The notes below the pieces were generated by a model that saw only the letters and a list, made by a program, of their open reading frames with translations, was not told the origin of the DNA and did no database searches. This document shows positions 32,656 to 44,372 of a DNA stretch of 64,000 nt, in pieces. Source of the DNA: Escherichia coli (lineage in GTDB: Bacteria > Pseudomonadota > Gammaproteobacteria > Enterobacterales > Enterobacteriaceae); the NCBI RefSeq assembly GCF_003018255.1, contig NZ_CP027440.1. One strand, written 5' to 3'. A program made the position numbers and the translations under genes. Position 1 is the stretch's first letter, and the number at the start of each line of letters is the position of its first letter.

Positions 32656-32763
32656 AAAAAAAGAGTGGATTATCGTAGCTTATTGTTGTCGCTGATAATG
32701 TTTAACATATTGAAAAATAAATAAAATACTTATGAGTCAGATAGTTGTGATTTTTGCCCTTAC

Positions 32764-32813
32764 TTGTTCAGGTTGTATTGTTCTTTCTTACTAATTTCTT
32801 GATTTTGCGACAT
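32764..32813 (-). pseudogene. ttcC: ttcC: duplicated ttcA 5' fragment at attR (core TTGTTCAGGTTGTAT at 32764-32778)
   Basis: Reverse strand encodes MSQNQEISKKEQYNLNK-stop, paralogous to the TtcA N-terminus [17 protein letters not shown]. Confidence 0.6.
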
Positions 32814-32988
32814 TTAAAAGCGACTCAATTCGTTATATGGCATCAGAAGAGTATGCGTCATGCCGGAACGCCCAGCATAAGAAATCTGATATAAAAACTG
32901 TGGCGTGTATGGTACGGATTAGAGGGGAAAATGTCAGCACATTTGCGAAATGAATCAAAAAGCCCGCAGCAATGTGCGGGCGTTAGTG

Positions 32989-33504
<516 letters not shown>

Positions 33505-33563
33505 TTAGATCAAAGGAGGAAGAATAAGCAGAAAAAGCCCGCCATAACAGCGGGCAGGAGGAT

Positions 33564-34697
33564 TTAGAACTGATAAACCAGACCTAAAGCGACAATATCA
33601 TCGGTAGAGATGCCGTTGGCAGCGTAGAAGCTGTCATCTTCATCCAACAGGTTTATTTTATAGTCAACGTAGGTGGACATATTTTTGTTGAAATAGTAAG
33701 TCGCGCCAACATCGGCGTATTTAACCAGATCTTTATCATCAACACCTGCCGGGTTGTCTGCACCACCGGCAGCGTGCAGGTCACGGCCTTTAGACATCAG
33801 GAAAGAGACTGCCGGACGCAGACCAAAATCAAACTGGTACTGTGCAGTAACTTCAAAGTTCTGGGTTTTGTTCGCAACTGCATAATCGCTGTCGCCAAAC
33901 GGGGTCATGTTACGCGTTTCTGAATACATGGTTGCCAGGTAAATATTGTTAGCATCGTATTTTAGCCCAGCAGTCCACGCGTCTGCTTTATCACCACCCG
34001 CCGCAGTATGGTTAACCTGGTCATTGGTGCGGTCAGAAGAGGTGTATGCCGCACCAGCGCTAAAGCCCATGCCTAAATCATATGTTGTGGAAAGACCCCA
34101 GCCGTCACCGTTTTCATGGCGAACATCACGTCCGTTGTTGGTGCCTTCCTGACCATTACTGGCTCCTTCGTTGTTACCTTGATACTGCACCGCGAAGTTC
34201 AGACCATTTACCAGACCGAAGAAATCAGTATTACGATAAGTCGCGACGCCGTTGGCACGACCAGTCATAAAGTTGTCTGCATTGGTATAAGAGTCACCGC
34301 CAAATTCAGGCAGCATATCGGTCCAGCCTTCGATGTCGTACATTACGCCATAATTACGTCCGTAATCGAAAGAACCGTAATCTGCAAATTTCAGTCCGGC
34401 AAATGCCAGACGGGTCCATGACTGGTTTGTTGAAGATTCAGTGTTGTTTGCCTGAATATTGTATTCCCATTGACCGTAGCCAGTGAGTTGATCGTTAATT
34501 TGGGTTTCGCCTTTAAAACCCAGACGCGCATAGCTCTGGTCGCCATCTTTCGCTGAATTATCAGAAAAATAATGCAGGCCATCAACTTTGCCATACAGAT
34601 CTAATTTGTTGCCGTCTTTATTATAAACTTCGGCTGCATGTGCAGCACCTGCGGCGAGCAGGGCAGGAATTAAAAGTGCCAGTACTTTGCTTTTCAT
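33564..34697 (-). CDS. ompN: outer membrane porin OmpN (OmpC/OmpF family)
   Basis: 377 aa with signal peptide, general porin pattern and C-terminal ...GLVYQF. Confidence 0.9.
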   Translation of the reverse strand: MKSKVLALLIPALLAAGAAHAAEVYNKDGNKLDLYGKVDGLHYFSDNSAKDGDQSYARLGFKGETQINDQLTGYGQWEYNIQANNTESSTNQSWTRLAFAGLKFADYGSFDYGRNYGVMYDIEGWTDMLPEFGGDSYTNADNFMTGRANGVATYRNTDFFGLVNGLNFAVQYQGNNEGASNGQEGTNNGRDVRHENGDGWGLSTTYDLGMGFSAGAAYTSSDRTNDQVNHTAAGGDKADAWTAGLKYDANNIYLATMYSETRNMTPFGDSDYAVANKTQNFEVTAQYQFDFGLRPAVSFLMSKGRDLHAAGGADNPAGVDDKDLVKYADVGATYYFNKNMSTYVDYKINLLDEDDSFYAANGISTDDIVALGLVYQF

Positions 34698-35004
34698 TGA
34701 ATAAATCCTTTAGTTATTTTATTTGCCTTTTATCCCCATTTCGGGGAGTGAAAACATCCTAAAGGAGAAGTTCAGTTAGCCGATAAATATCATTTGTTAC
34801 GCCTTAAGTAAAACCTTAATCAAATAATTCTACGGAAATGATAATAAGTCTGGTGAATGTATTGAAGATAATACATACAAAATAAAAATTATACTTTTAA
34901 TTTGCTATACGTTATTCTGCGCGGGTTATATGCCTTTATTGTCACAGATTTTATTTTCTGTTGGGCCATTGCATTGCTACTGATTTTCCAACATATAAAA
35001 AGAC

Positions 35005-35035
35005 AAGCCCGAACAGTCGTCCGGGCTTTTTTTTA
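35005..35035. terminator. hairpin plus T-run downstream of ydbK (bidirectional appearance)
   Basis: AAGCCCGAACAGTCGTCCGGGCTTTTTTTTT, flanked by A/T runs on both sides. Confidence 0.45.
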
Positions 35036-35062
35036 GAATTGGATAATCCTTATCCAGTGCAT

Positions 35063-38000
35063 TTAATCGGTGTTGCTTTTTTCCGCTTTTCCGGCCATTT
35101 GTGCCAGGAAGTCATAGCGTTTTTGCAAATCAGCTGCAGCATCTTTCCATAACTGTTCTGCCACTTCTGGCTGCTGCGAATTCAGACGACGGAAACGCTG
35201 CTCGTGAAGTAACGTTTCTTCCAGTGCTTCTGACGGCGGGCGTGAATCCAGTGCCAGCGGCAGGTTGCCTTCATCGGCTCGACGTGGATCGAAGCGATAT
35301 AGCGGCCAGAAGCCGGTGGCAGTGAGTTGGCGCATCTGGTCGTGACTGAGTGCCAGATCGTAACCATGCTCTTCACAGGGGCTATAAGCGATGATCAGCG
35401 ATGGCCCCGGATACGCTTCCGCTTCCTGAATCGCTTTCACCGTCTGGTTGAGCTGCGCGCCGAGAGAAATCTGCGCCACATAAACATGACCGTACATCAT
35501 CATGCTGACGCCAAGATCTTTACGCGCTTTACGTTTGCCGTGCTCGCCGAACTTAGTTACTGCACCCAGCGGTGTCGCTTTCGACGCCTGACCACCGGTG
35601 TTGGAATAGCATTGCGTATCCAGCACCAGAATGTTGACGTTTTCCGTCAAACTCAATACATGATCCAGACCGCCAAAGCCGATATCGTAAGCCCAGCCAT
35701 CACCACCAATCAGCCAGATTGATTTTTCTACCAGTGCATCTGCGTCACGTAGCAGTTCATGTGCTTCGGCAACATCTTTGAGTTGCTGGCGTAAAGCTGC
35801 AACCTGTTCACGACGAACCTCTGGCTTGGCGTCTGATTTCAACGCAGTTAGTAATTCCGCCGGGATTTTATCGGCAAATTGATCCAGCAGACGCAGCACG
35901 CGGACACGGTGTTGATCGACCGTCAGGCGGAAACCAAGGCCAAATTCGGCGTTATCTTCAAATAGCGAGTTCGCCCATGCCGGTCCACGACCGTTGGCAT
36001 CGGTGGTATACGGTGTAGAGGGCAGGTTACCGCCATAAATTGAAGAACAGCCGGTGGCGTTAGCGATCAACATCCGGTCACCATAGAGCTGAGTCAGCAA
36101 TTTAATATACGGCGTCTCGCCACAACCGGAGCAAGCACCTGAATATTCAAACAGCGGTGTAATCAGCTGCGATGTACGAATATCAATACGTTCCAGTTTG
36201 CTACGGTCGATTTCTGGGAGGTTGAGGAAGAAATCGTAATTGATTTTCTCTTCTTCGACATGTTCCAGGCGAGACATCATATTGATGGCTTTAATCTCTG
36301 GATTCTGACGGTCTTTCGCCGGGCAAACTTCGACGCACAGGTTACAACCGGTGCAATCTTCCGGAGCCACCTGCAAGACATATTTCTGCCCGCGCATATC
36401 ACGCGATTTCACATCCAGCGAATGCAGGCTGGCAGGGGCGTTTTCCATCGCTTCAGGCGGTACCACTTTTGCGCGAATAGCTGAGTGTGGGCAAGCAGCG
36501 ACGCAGTGGTTACATTGGGTACAGAGTTCCTCTTTCCAGATGGGGATCTCTTCGGCGATATTGCGTTTTTCCCAGCGCGTGGTGCCCATCGGCCAGGTGC
36601 CGTCTGGCGGCAGCGCCGAAACGGGGAGGGCATCACCAAGCCCGGCGAGCATCGCCGCGGTAACGGTTTTCACGAAATCAGGAGCGGCATCGGAAACCAC
36701 AGGCGGTCGATTGGCGCTGTGCGGATTAACCGGCTGCAACGGAACTTCTTCTACGGATTCACGCGCCAGCGCCAGAGCCTGCCAGTTGCGCTCCACCAGA
36801 TCCTGACCTTTGCTACTGTAACTTTTGGCAATCGCACCCTGCAATTCTGCGAGGGCGCTATCGCCAGGCAGAATTTGCGTCAGATGGAAAAAAGCCATCT
36901 GCATGACGGTATTAATACGGGCCGCCAGACCACATTCGCGGGCGATTTTCGCCGCGTTAATCACATAGAAGCGCGCTTTTTTCTGGTTTAACACGGCCTG
37001 AACTTCCTGCGGCAAGCGCGACCATACTTCATCTACGCTGTACGGCGTGTTGAGCAGGAAAATGCCGCCAGGTTTTAAACGTTCAGCCATCTGATATTTA
37101 TCGATAAACTGCAACTGGTGGCAGCCAACAAAATCAGCCTGGGAAATCAGATAAGCGGAACGAATCGGCTGTTCGCTCACGCGAAGGTGAGAAACCGTCA
37201 GGCCGCCCGCCTTTTTGGAGTCGTAAACAAAATAGCCCTGTGCGTACCACGGCGTGGAATTACCGATTATCTTGATATTGTTTTTGGTCGCGGAAACGCT
37301 GCCATCACTACCAAGGCCATAAAACAAGGCTTCAAGTTTCGCCGAGTTTGGCAGGGTGTTTTCCGGCAACGGCAGTGACAGATTGGTCACATCATCGTAA
37401 ATACCAACCGTAAAGCGCGCTTTCGGTTTAGCCGCGTTGAGCTCGGCAAATACCGCCAGTACACAGTCCGGGCCAAATTCTTTGGATGAAAGACCATAGC
37501 GCCCACCAATGACACGGGGCAGGGTTTCGCGCTCGCCATTATTAAAGGCTTCTGCCAGTGCGGTCATTACATCCAGATAGAGCGGTTCTGCCTGGGCACC
37601 GGGTTCTTTGTTTCTGTCCAGTACCGCCACGCTGCGTACGGATCCCGGCAGAGCTTGTAGCAAGTGTTTGGCGGAGAAGGGACGGTACAGGCGAACTTTC
37701 AGCACGCCGACTTTTTCGCCACGGGTTAGCAATTCATCAACCACTTCTTCACAGGTGCCAATGGCAGAGCCCATCAGGATAATCACCCGTTCCGCTTGCG
37801 GATGCCCGTAATACTCAAACGGCTGATACTGACGACCTGTCGCGGCAGCGAAATCATTCATCGCCTGTTCAACATGGTCATAGACCGCGTTGTACCAGGG
37901 GTTGGTGGCTTCGCGAGACTGGAAATAAGTGTCAGGATTGGCGGACGTACCGCGGATCACCGGATGTTCCGGGTTGAGCGCCCGGGCGCGATGAGCATCA

Positions 38001-38587
38001 ATTTCGGCCTGCGGCATGAGATCAAGAATAGTGTCATCGGCCAGCGGGACAATTTTATTGATTTCGTGGGACGTGCGGAAACCATCAAAGAAATGAATAA
38101 ATGGCACGCGGCTCTTCAGCGTTGCGATGTGCGAAATGAGAGCAAAGTCTTGCGCTTCCTGGACGTTAGCCGCACACAACATCGCGCAACCCGTCTGGCG
38201 CACCGCCATAACGTCGGAATGATCGCCAAAAATAGAGAGTGCATGTGTGGCAACGGTACGTGCCGCTACATGCAGGACAAATGGCGTCAGTTCGCCTGCC
38301 AGTTTGTACAGCGTCGGGATCATCAGCAGCAAACCCTGCGATGACGTAAACGATGTTGAGAGGGCACCCGTCTGCAAAGCGCCATGCACGGTAGCGATAG
38401 CACCCGCTTCCGACTGCATTTCAACCACGCGTGGTGTGTCTCCCCAAACGTTCTTCAAGCCGTTTCCGGCCCAGGCATCAGCCTGTTCTGCCATCGTGGA
38501 ACTGGGGGTAATAGGGTAGATGGCGATAACTTCACTGGTGCGAAACGCCACCGAAGCAACCGCGCCATTACCGTCAATAGTAATCAT
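35063..38587 (-). CDS. ydbK: pyruvate:flavodoxin/ferredoxin oxidoreductase (PFOR) YdbK
   Basis: 1174 aa with two 4Fe-4S ferredoxin CxxCxxCxxxCP motifs and a TPP-binding domain. Confidence 0.95.
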   Translation of the reverse strand: MITIDGNGAVASVAFRTSEVIAIYPITPSSTMAEQADAWAGNGLKNVWGDTPRVVEMQSEAGAIATVHGALQTGALSTSFTSSQGLLLMIPTLYKLAGELTPFVLHVAARTVATHALSIFGDHSDVMAVRQTGCAMLCAANVQEAQDFALISHIATLKSRVPFIHFFDGFRTSHEINKIVPLADDTILDLMPQAEIDAHRARALNPEHPVIRGTSANPDTYFQSREATNPWYNAVYDHVEQAMNDFAAATGRQYQPFEYYGHPQAERVIILMGSAIGTCEEVVDELLTRGEKVGVLKVRLYRPFSAKHLLQALPGSVRSVAVLDRNKEPGAQAEPLYLDVMTALAEAFNNGERETLPRVIGGRYGLSSKEFGPDCVLAVFAELNAAKPKARFTVGIYDDVTNLSLPLPENTLPNSAKLEALFYGLGSDGSVSATKNNIKIIGNSTPWYAQGYFVYDSKKAGGLTVSHLRVSEQPIRSAYLISQADFVGCHQLQFIDKYQMAERLKPGGIFLLNTPYSVDEVWSRLPQEVQAVLNQKKARFYVINAAKIARECGLAARINTVMQMAFFHLTQILPGDSALAELQGAIAKSYSSKGQDLVERNWQALALARESVEEVPLQPVNPHSANRPPVVSDAAPDFVKTVTAAMLAGLGDALPVSALPPDGTWPMGTTRWEKRNIAEEIPIWKEELCTQCNHCVAACPHSAIRAKVVPPEAMENAPASLHSLDVKSRDMRGQKYVLQVAPEDCTGCNLCVEVCPAKDRQNPEIKAINMMSRLEHVEEEKINYDFFLNLPEIDRSKLERIDIRTSQLITPLFEYSGACSGCGETPYIKLLTQLYGDRMLIANATGCSSIYGGNLPSTPYTTDANGRGPAWANSLFEDNAEFGLGFRLTVDQHRVRVLRLLDQFADKIPAELLTALKSDAKPEVRREQVAALRQQLKDVAEAHELLRDADALVEKSIWLIGGDGWAYDIGFGGLDHVLSLTENVNILVLDTQCYSNTGGQASKATPLGAVTKFGEHGKRKARKDLGVSMMMYGHVYVAQISLGAQLNQTVKAIQEAEAYPGPSLIIAYSPCEEHGYDLALSHDQMRQLTATGFWPLYRFDPRRADEGNLPLALDSRPPSEALEETLLHEQRFRRLNSQQPEVAEQLWKDAAADLQKRYDFLAQMAGKAEKSNTD

Positions 38588-38860
38588 ATGACACCCTTAC
38601 ATTGCGCAAATGAGGGGCGCACGAAATTGCTGCGCGCCCAGTAGTAATCCTTCAATTTTAGCAAATGGCTTTCTTCTGCATTTTCGCTTTTGTGTCCCCC
38701 ACATCAGCGTAATGAATGTTTTGATCAAACAGAGGGCAAAAAAATAGCCATAAAAAAGTAAAAATGCGGGGCAACGCTCAGGACAGCTCTCGACGCCGCC
38801 CTCTGTGCTGCCTATTATTTATGGCGGTGTCGTTTGGCTTGAAGATCAGAGGAAGAAAAG

Positions 38861-39127
38861 ATGCGAGCAGCGTTTTGGGTAGGGTGTGCCGCTTTATTGT
38901 TGTCGGCGTGTAGTAGTGAACCTGTTCAGCAGGCGACTGCGGCGCACGTAGCGCCAGGTTTAAAAGCGTCGATGTCCAGTAGTGGAGAAGCAAATTGTGC
39001 AATGATCGGCGGTTCGCTTTCTGTTGCCCGTCAACTGGATGGTACGGCGATTGGGATGTGTGCATTACCCAACGGCAAACGCTGTAGCGAACAGTCACTT
39101 GCCGCCGGGAGCTGTGGCAGCTATTAA
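38861..39127 (+). CDS. ydbJ: small lipoprotein YdbJ (DUF333)
   Basis: 88 aa with lipobox LLLSAC; overlaps the hslJ stop by 4 bp. Confidence 0.8.
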   Translation: MRAAFWVGCAALLLSACSSEPVQQATAAHVAPGLKASMSSSGEANCAMIGGSLSVARQLDGTAIGMCALPNGKRCSEQSLAAGSCGSY

Positions 39128-39546
39128 TTCATTAAATCCGCCAGCTTATAAGTTAATGTCTGTTTCGCGGTCGCCAGCGTTAACTGGTTCGCGGTCAGAT
39201 CCACTTGTGCACCTTCTTTCAGCATTTCGCTAATGGTGTTATCGAGTTCATTAAGCTGCGGGTTAGCGCACATCATACGGGTCATTGCCAGCCCTTTGGC
39301 GGTCAGTTCACCATTAGACAGTTTGCCTTCACCGCTAAAGCGGTTACACATGCTGCCGGAAATCATCATCTTTTCACCAAAGCTGATTTCTGGCGGATTT
39401 TTATCGCTGGTCACGGGCTTACCGTTTACGCTTTCCAGCACAAAGCGATGATGCTGTAGCTGTTCTGGGGTTACAGCAATTTTGTCATTACTTACACATC
39501 CCGCCATCAGCAGGCTTAGCGCAACGAGCGCGGCTACTTTCTTCAT
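39124..39546 (-). CDS. hslJ: heat-shock lipoprotein HslJ (META domain)
   Basis: Start at MKKVAALVALSLLMAGC gives 140 aa with a lipobox. Confidence 0.85.
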   Translation of the reverse strand: MKKVAALVALSLLMAGCVSNDKIAVTPEQLQHHRFVLESVNGKPVTSDKNPPEISFGEKMMISGSMCNRFSGEGKLSNGELTAKGLAMTRMMCANPQLNELDNTISEMLKEGAQVDLTANQLTLATAKQTLTYKLADLMN

Positions 39547-39656
39547 TGTGGTTCTCAATTACAGTTTCTGACTCAGGACTATTTTAAGAATAGAGGATGA
39601 AAGGTCATTGGGGATTATCTGAATCAGCTCCCCTGGAATGCAGGGGAGCGGCAAGA

Positions 39657-40646
39657 TTAAACCAGTTCGTTCGGGCAGGTTTCGCCTTTTTCCAGATTGC
39701 TTAAGTTTTGCAGCGTAGTCTGAGAAATACTGGTCAGCGCTTCTGCTGTCAGGAATGCCTGATGCCCGGTAAACAGCACGTTGTGGCAGGCAGACAGGCG
39801 ACGGAATACGTCATCCTGAATTACGTCGTTGGATTTATCTTCAAAGAACAGATCGCGTTCGTTCTCATACACGTCCATACCCAACGAACCAATTTTCTGA
39901 TTTTTCAGCGCTTCAATTGCTGCCTGAGAATCAATCAATGCACCGCGACTGGTATTGACGATCATCACGCCATTTTTCATCTGTTCGAAGGCAGCTTCGT
40001 TCAACAGATGATAGTTTTCCGGTGTCAGCGGGCAGTGCAGAGAGATAACGTCTGATTCAGAGAACAGGGTTGGCAGATCGACATACTCCACACCGAGTTC
40101 CAGCGCCGCCGCACTTGGATACGGATCGAACGCCAGCAGACGCATACCAAAACCTTTCAGAATGCGCAGCATCGCCACACCGATTTTGCCGGTACCGATA
40201 ACGCCTGCCGTTTTGCCATACATAGTAAAGCCGGTCAGACCTTCCAGAGAGAAGTTGGCGTCACGGGTACGCTGATACGCGCGGTGAATACGGCGGTTCA
40301 GCGTCATCATCATACCGATGGCGTGTTCAGCAACGGCTTCTGGATCATAGGCTGGAACACGGACTACTTTCAGCCCCAGTTCTTTTGCCGCGTCAAGGTC
40401 GACGTTATTGAAACCGGCACAGCGCAGGGCGATATATTTAACGCCGTGCTTTTTCAGCTCTTCCAGCACCGGGCGGCTGCCGTCATCGTTTACGAAAATA
40501 CATACCGCTTCGCAGCCATTGGCGGTTTTAGCGGTTTTTTCCGTCAGCAGAAAGTCAAAAAATTCCAGCTCAAAGCCAAAGGACTCGTTCACCTGTTGCA
40601 GGTACTTCTTGTCGTACTGTTTTGTGCTATAAACGGCGAGTTTCAT
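39657..40646 (-). CDS. ldhA: fermentative D-lactate dehydrogenase LdhA
   Basis: 329 aa D-isomer-specific 2-hydroxyacid dehydrogenase with GxGxxG (GTGKIGVAM). Confidence 0.95.
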   Translation of the reverse strand: MKLAVYSTKQYDKKYLQQVNESFGFELEFFDFLLTEKTAKTANGCEAVCIFVNDDGSRPVLEELKKHGVKYIALRCAGFNNVDLDAAKELGLKVVRVPAYDPEAVAEHAIGMMMTLNRRIHRAYQRTRDANFSLEGLTGFTMYGKTAGVIGTGKIGVAMLRILKGFGMRLLAFDPYPSAAALELGVEYVDLPTLFSESDVISLHCPLTPENYHLLNEAAFEQMKNGVMIVNTSRGALIDSQAAIEALKNQKIGSLGMDVYENERDLFFEDKSNDVIQDDVFRRLSACHNVLFTGHQAFLTAEALTSISQTTLQNLSNLEKGETCPNELV

Positions 40647-40853
40647 AAGACTTTCTCCAGTGATGTTGAATCACATTTAAGCTACTAAAAATATTTTACA
40701 AAATTTCAAATATAATTGAAAGCTATGGCGATATTGAAAAATTCATCAACAACTATGCTTAGTGTAGGCGCAACCTTCAACTGAACGGTTAAACATGCCA
40801 CAATACCCGTATTGAATGCTTAATTTTTCGCTAAATCAGGATATTAACTACCC

Positions 40854-43493
40854 ATGCTGGGTAAATATAAAGCCGTTCTCGCGCTATTATTACTGATTAT
40901 TCTTGTGCCGTTGACACTGCTGATGACGCTCGGGCTGTGGGTTCCCACGCTGGCGGGCATCTGGCTACCGCTCGGGACACGTATTGCATTAGATGAAAGC
41001 CCACGCATTACGCGTAAAGGTTTAATCATTCCCGATCTCCGTTATCTGGTGGGAGATTGTCAGCTTGCGCATATCACCAACGCCAGCCTTTCACATCCCA
41101 GCCGCTGGTTATTGAACGTCGGCACGGTAGAACTTGATTCTGCTTGTCTGGCGAAATTGCCGCAGACGGAGCAATCGCCTGCCGCTCCAAAAACCCTCGC
41201 GCAGTGGCAGGCCATGTTGCCTAACACCTGGATCAATATCGATAAACTGATTTTTTCTCCCTGGCAGGAATGGCAGGGAAAACTCTCTCTCGCATTAACC
41301 TCCGATATCCAGCAACTGCGTTATCAGGGCGAAAAAGTTAAATTTCAAGGCCAGCTGAAAGGGCAACAACTTACAGTCAGCGAACTGGATGTCGTCGCGT
41401 TTGAAAATCAGCCGCCGGTTAAACTGGTGGGGGAATTTACTATGCCGCTAGTGCCGGATGGACTTCCTGTAAGTGGTCATGCTACTGCGACGTTAAACTT
41501 GCCGCAGGAGCCTTCACTGGTGGATGCCGAGCTGGACTGGCAGGAAAATAGCGGGCAATTGATTGTGGTGGCACGGGATAACGGCGATCCGTTGCTCGAT
41601 CTGCCGTGGCAAATTACTCGCCAACAATTGACCGTAAGCGATGGTCGCTGGAGCTGGCCGTATGCAGGTTTTCCTTTGAGTGGACGACTGGGTGTCAAAG
41701 TCGACAACTGGCAGGCAGGGCTCGAGAACGCTCTGGTCAGCGGACGACTGAGTGTGCTGACCCAGGGGCAAGCGGGTAAGGGCAACGCGGTGCTTAATTT
41801 TGGCCCAGGAAAATTAAGTATGGATAACAGCCAGCTGCCTTTGCAGCTGACCGGTGAAGCGAAACAGGCGGACCTCATTTTATATGCCCGTTTACCTGCG
41901 CAGCTAAGCGGAAGTCTGACTGACCCAACGCTGGCCTTTGAGCCAGGCGCGTTATTACGTTCGAAGGGAAGAGTCATCGATTCGCTGGACATCGATGAAA
42001 TCCGCTGGCCTTTAGCGGGTGTAAAAGTCACCCAACGTGGTGTTGACGGACATTTGCAGGCCATTTTGCAGGCGCATGAAAATGAACTGGGCGATTTCGT
42101 GCTGCATATGGATGGACTGGCGAATGATTTTCTCCCTGACGCTGGCCGCTGGCAGTGGCGCTACTGGGGAAAAGGCAGTTTTACACCGATGAATGCCACC
42201 TGGGATGTCGCAGGAAAGGGTGAGTGGCATGACAGCACGATTACGCTGACCGATCTCTCCACCGGTTTCGACCAGTTACAATACGGTACGATGACGGTAG
42301 AAAAGCCGCGATTAATTCTCGACAAGCCCGTCGTCTGGGTACGTGACGCACAGCATCCCTCCTTTAGCGGCGCGCTGTCACTGGACGCCGGGCAAACGCT
42401 GTTCACTGGCGGCAGTGTGTTACCGCCATCAACCTTAAAATTTAGTGTCGATGGGCGCGATCCGACGTATTTCCTCTTTAAAGGCGATTTGCATGCTGGT
42501 GAGATTGGCCCGGTTCGGGTAAATGGTCGCTGGGACGGTATTCGTCTGCGCGGTAACGCCTGGTGGCCTAAACAATCACTGACTGTATTCCAGCCGCTGG
42601 TGCCACCCGACTGGAAGATGAACTTACGCGATGGCGAACTGTATGCTCAGGTTGCATTTTCAGCTGCGCCTGAACAAGGATTCCGCGCGGGAGGGCACGG
42701 TGTGTTGAAAGGCGGTAGTGCCTGGATGCCAGATAATCAGGTTAACGGTGTCGATTTTGTCCTGCCTTTCCGTTTTGCCGATGGAGCCTGGCATCTGGGG
42801 ACTCGCGGCCCCGTTACGTTGCGAATTGCCGAAGTGATTAATCTGGTGACAGCGAAAAATATTACGGCTGATTTGCAAGGGCGTTATCCGTGGAGTGAAG
42901 ACGAACCATTGCTGTTGACTGATGTTAGCGTCGATGTGTTAGGCGGTAACGTGCTGATGAAACAATTACGCATGCCGCAACATGACTCGGCGCTGTTGCG
43001 GCTGAATAATCTCTCATCCAGCGAACTGGTTAGCGCCGTCAATCCGAAACAATTCGCCATGTCCGGGGCATTTAGTGGTGCATTGCCGTTATGGCTAAAC
43101 AACGAAAAATGGATAGTGAAAGACGGCTGGCTGGCAAATAGCGGGCCAATGACCTTGCGGCTGGATAAAGACACCGCAGATGCGGTGGTGAAAGACAATA
43201 TGACCGCGGGTTCAGCAATTAACTGGTTGCGCTATATGGAAATTAGCCGTTCATCGACAAAAATTAATTTAGATAATCTCGGTTTATTAACCATGCAGGC
43301 CAATATTACAGGTACCAGTCGCGTTGATGGTAAAAGCGGTACGGTAAATCTTAATTACCATCATGAAGAGAATATTTTTACGCTGTGGCGCAGTTTACGC
43401 TTTGGCGATAATCTCCAGGCATGGCTGGAGCAGAACGCGCATCTACCGGGAAATGACTGTCCGCAAGGAAAAGAGTGTGAGGATAAACAATGA
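40854..43493 (+). CDS. ydbH: AsmA-like large envelope protein YdbH
   Basis: 879 aa with an N-terminal TM anchor; forms an operon with ynbE and ydbL. Confidence 0.9.
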   Translation: MLGKYKAVLALLLLIILVPLTLLMTLGLWVPTLAGIWLPLGTRIALDESPRITRKGLIIPDLRYLVGDCQLAHITNASLSHPSRWLLNVGTVELDSACLAKLPQTEQSPAAPKTLAQWQAMLPNTWINIDKLIFSPWQEWQGKLSLALTSDIQQLRYQGEKVKFQGQLKGQQLTVSELDVVAFENQPPVKLVGEFTMPLVPDGLPVSGHATATLNLPQEPSLVDAELDWQENSGQLIVVARDNGDPLLDLPWQITRQQLTVSDGRWSWPYAGFPLSGRLGVKVDNWQAGLENALVSGRLSVLTQGQAGKGNAVLNFGPGKLSMDNSQLPLQLTGEAKQADLILYARLPAQLSGSLTDPTLAFEPGALLRSKGRVIDSLDIDEIRWPLAGVKVTQRGVDGHLQAILQAHENELGDFVLHMDGLANDFLPDAGRWQWRYWGKGSFTPMNATWDVAGKGEWHDSTITLTDLSTGFDQLQYGTMTVEKPRLILDKPVVWVRDAQHPSFSGALSLDAGQTLFTGGSVLPPSTLKFSVDGRDPTYFLFKGDLHAGEIGPVRVNGRWDGIRLRGNAWWPKQSLTVFQPLVPPDWKMNLRDGELYAQVAFSAAPEQGFRAGGHGVLKGGSAWMPDNQVNGVDFVLPFRFADGAWHLGTRGPVTLRIAEVINLVTAKNITADLQGRYPWSEDEPLLLTDVSVDVLGGNVLMKQLRMPQHDSALLRLNNLSSSELVSAVNPKQFAMSGAFSGALPLWLNNEKWIVKDGWLANSGPMTLRLDKDTADAVVKDNMTAGSAINWLRYMEISRSSTKINLDNLGLLTMQANITGTSRVDGKSGTVNLNYHHEENIFTLWRSLRFGDNLQAWLEQNAHLPGNDCPQGKECEDKQ

Positions 43494-43675
43494 AAATTTT
43501 ACTGGCTGCGTTGACGTCATCTTTTATGCTGGTTGGCTGTACGCCTCGCATTGAAGTCGCTGCACCTAAGGAACCGATCACTATCAATATGAACGTTAAA
43601 ATTGAGCATGAGATCATCATCAAGGCAGACAAAGATGTCGAAGAGCTGCTTGAGACCCGTAGCGATCTTTTTTGA
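43490..43675 (+). CDS. ynbE: small lipoprotein YnbE
   Basis: 61 aa with lipobox LVGC; start overlaps the ydbH stop. Confidence 0.8.
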   Translation: MKILLAALTSSFMLVGCTPRIEVAAPKEPITINMNVKIEHEIIIKADKDVEELLETRSDLF

Positions 43676-43682
43676 GGTGATG

Positions 43683-44009
43683 ATGAAAAGAACATTACTT
43701 CTTTGTGCATTTCTTGTTGGCTTGGTAAGCAGCAATGTAATGGCATTGACTCTGGATGAAGCCAGAACTCAGGGGCGGGTAGGCGAAACATTTTATGGTT
43801 ATCTGGTTGCGCTGAAAACAGATGCTGAAACTGAGAAATTAGTAACCGACATCAATGCCGAACGTAAAGCGAGCTATCAACAACTGGCAAAGCAGAATAA
43901 TGTGTCGGTGGATGATATCGCGAAACTCGCCGGGCAAAAGCTTGTAGAACGGGCCAAACCCGGGGAATATGTACAAGGGATAAACGGTAAATGGGTGCGA
44001 AAATTTTAA
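43683..44009 (+). CDS. ydbL: periplasmic protein YdbL (DUF1318)
   Basis: Start at MKRTLLLCAFLVG with GAGGTG ribosome-binding site; 108 aa. Confidence 0.8.
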   Translation: MKRTLLLCAFLVGLVSSNVMALTLDEARTQGRVGETFYGYLVALKTDAETEKLVTDINAERKASYQQLAKQNNVSVDDIAKLAGQKLVERAKPGEYVQGINGKWVRKF

Positions 44010-44180
44010 TAGCAAAACCGCAATATCGGGATAACGCTACAGGAGAAGACGATTAATCTATTTTCCGGAAACAACGTGAATATTCAAAAATTCCTGTCAA
44101 ATTGCCTTTCGCCCTGAAAAATGCATAGTCAAATATCTGTTTTAACTAATTCGCGTTGCTGTACATGCAACGCGAATTAG

Positions 44181-44372
44181 TTAGCGGAATTTACGTCGAT
44201 ACTCGCCTGGCGTCATCCCAAAGCGTTGCTTAAATACCGTTGAAAAATGACTCTGGTCGGAAAATCCCCAATGAAAGCCAATGCCTGCCAGTTTTTCATC
44301 ATCTGCGGCATGGCGAATCGCATCTGCACAAAAATCGAGACGACGGTTACGGATATATTGCGCGACTACCAA
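44181..44372 (-). pseudogene. feaR: feaR 3' fragment (AraC-type HTH C-terminus only)
   Basis: 63-aa ORF encoding an AraC-family HTH tail (GFHWGFSDQSHFSTVFKQRFGMTPGEYRRKFR); feaB, tynA and paaZ-paaX are absent from the window. Confidence 0.55.

Noticed and set aside
35101-38644. Numerous 60-180 aa ORFs on the plus strand inside ydbK
   Set aside because: They are antisense to a 1174-aa well-supported gene and are typical spurious frames in GC-rich coding DNA.
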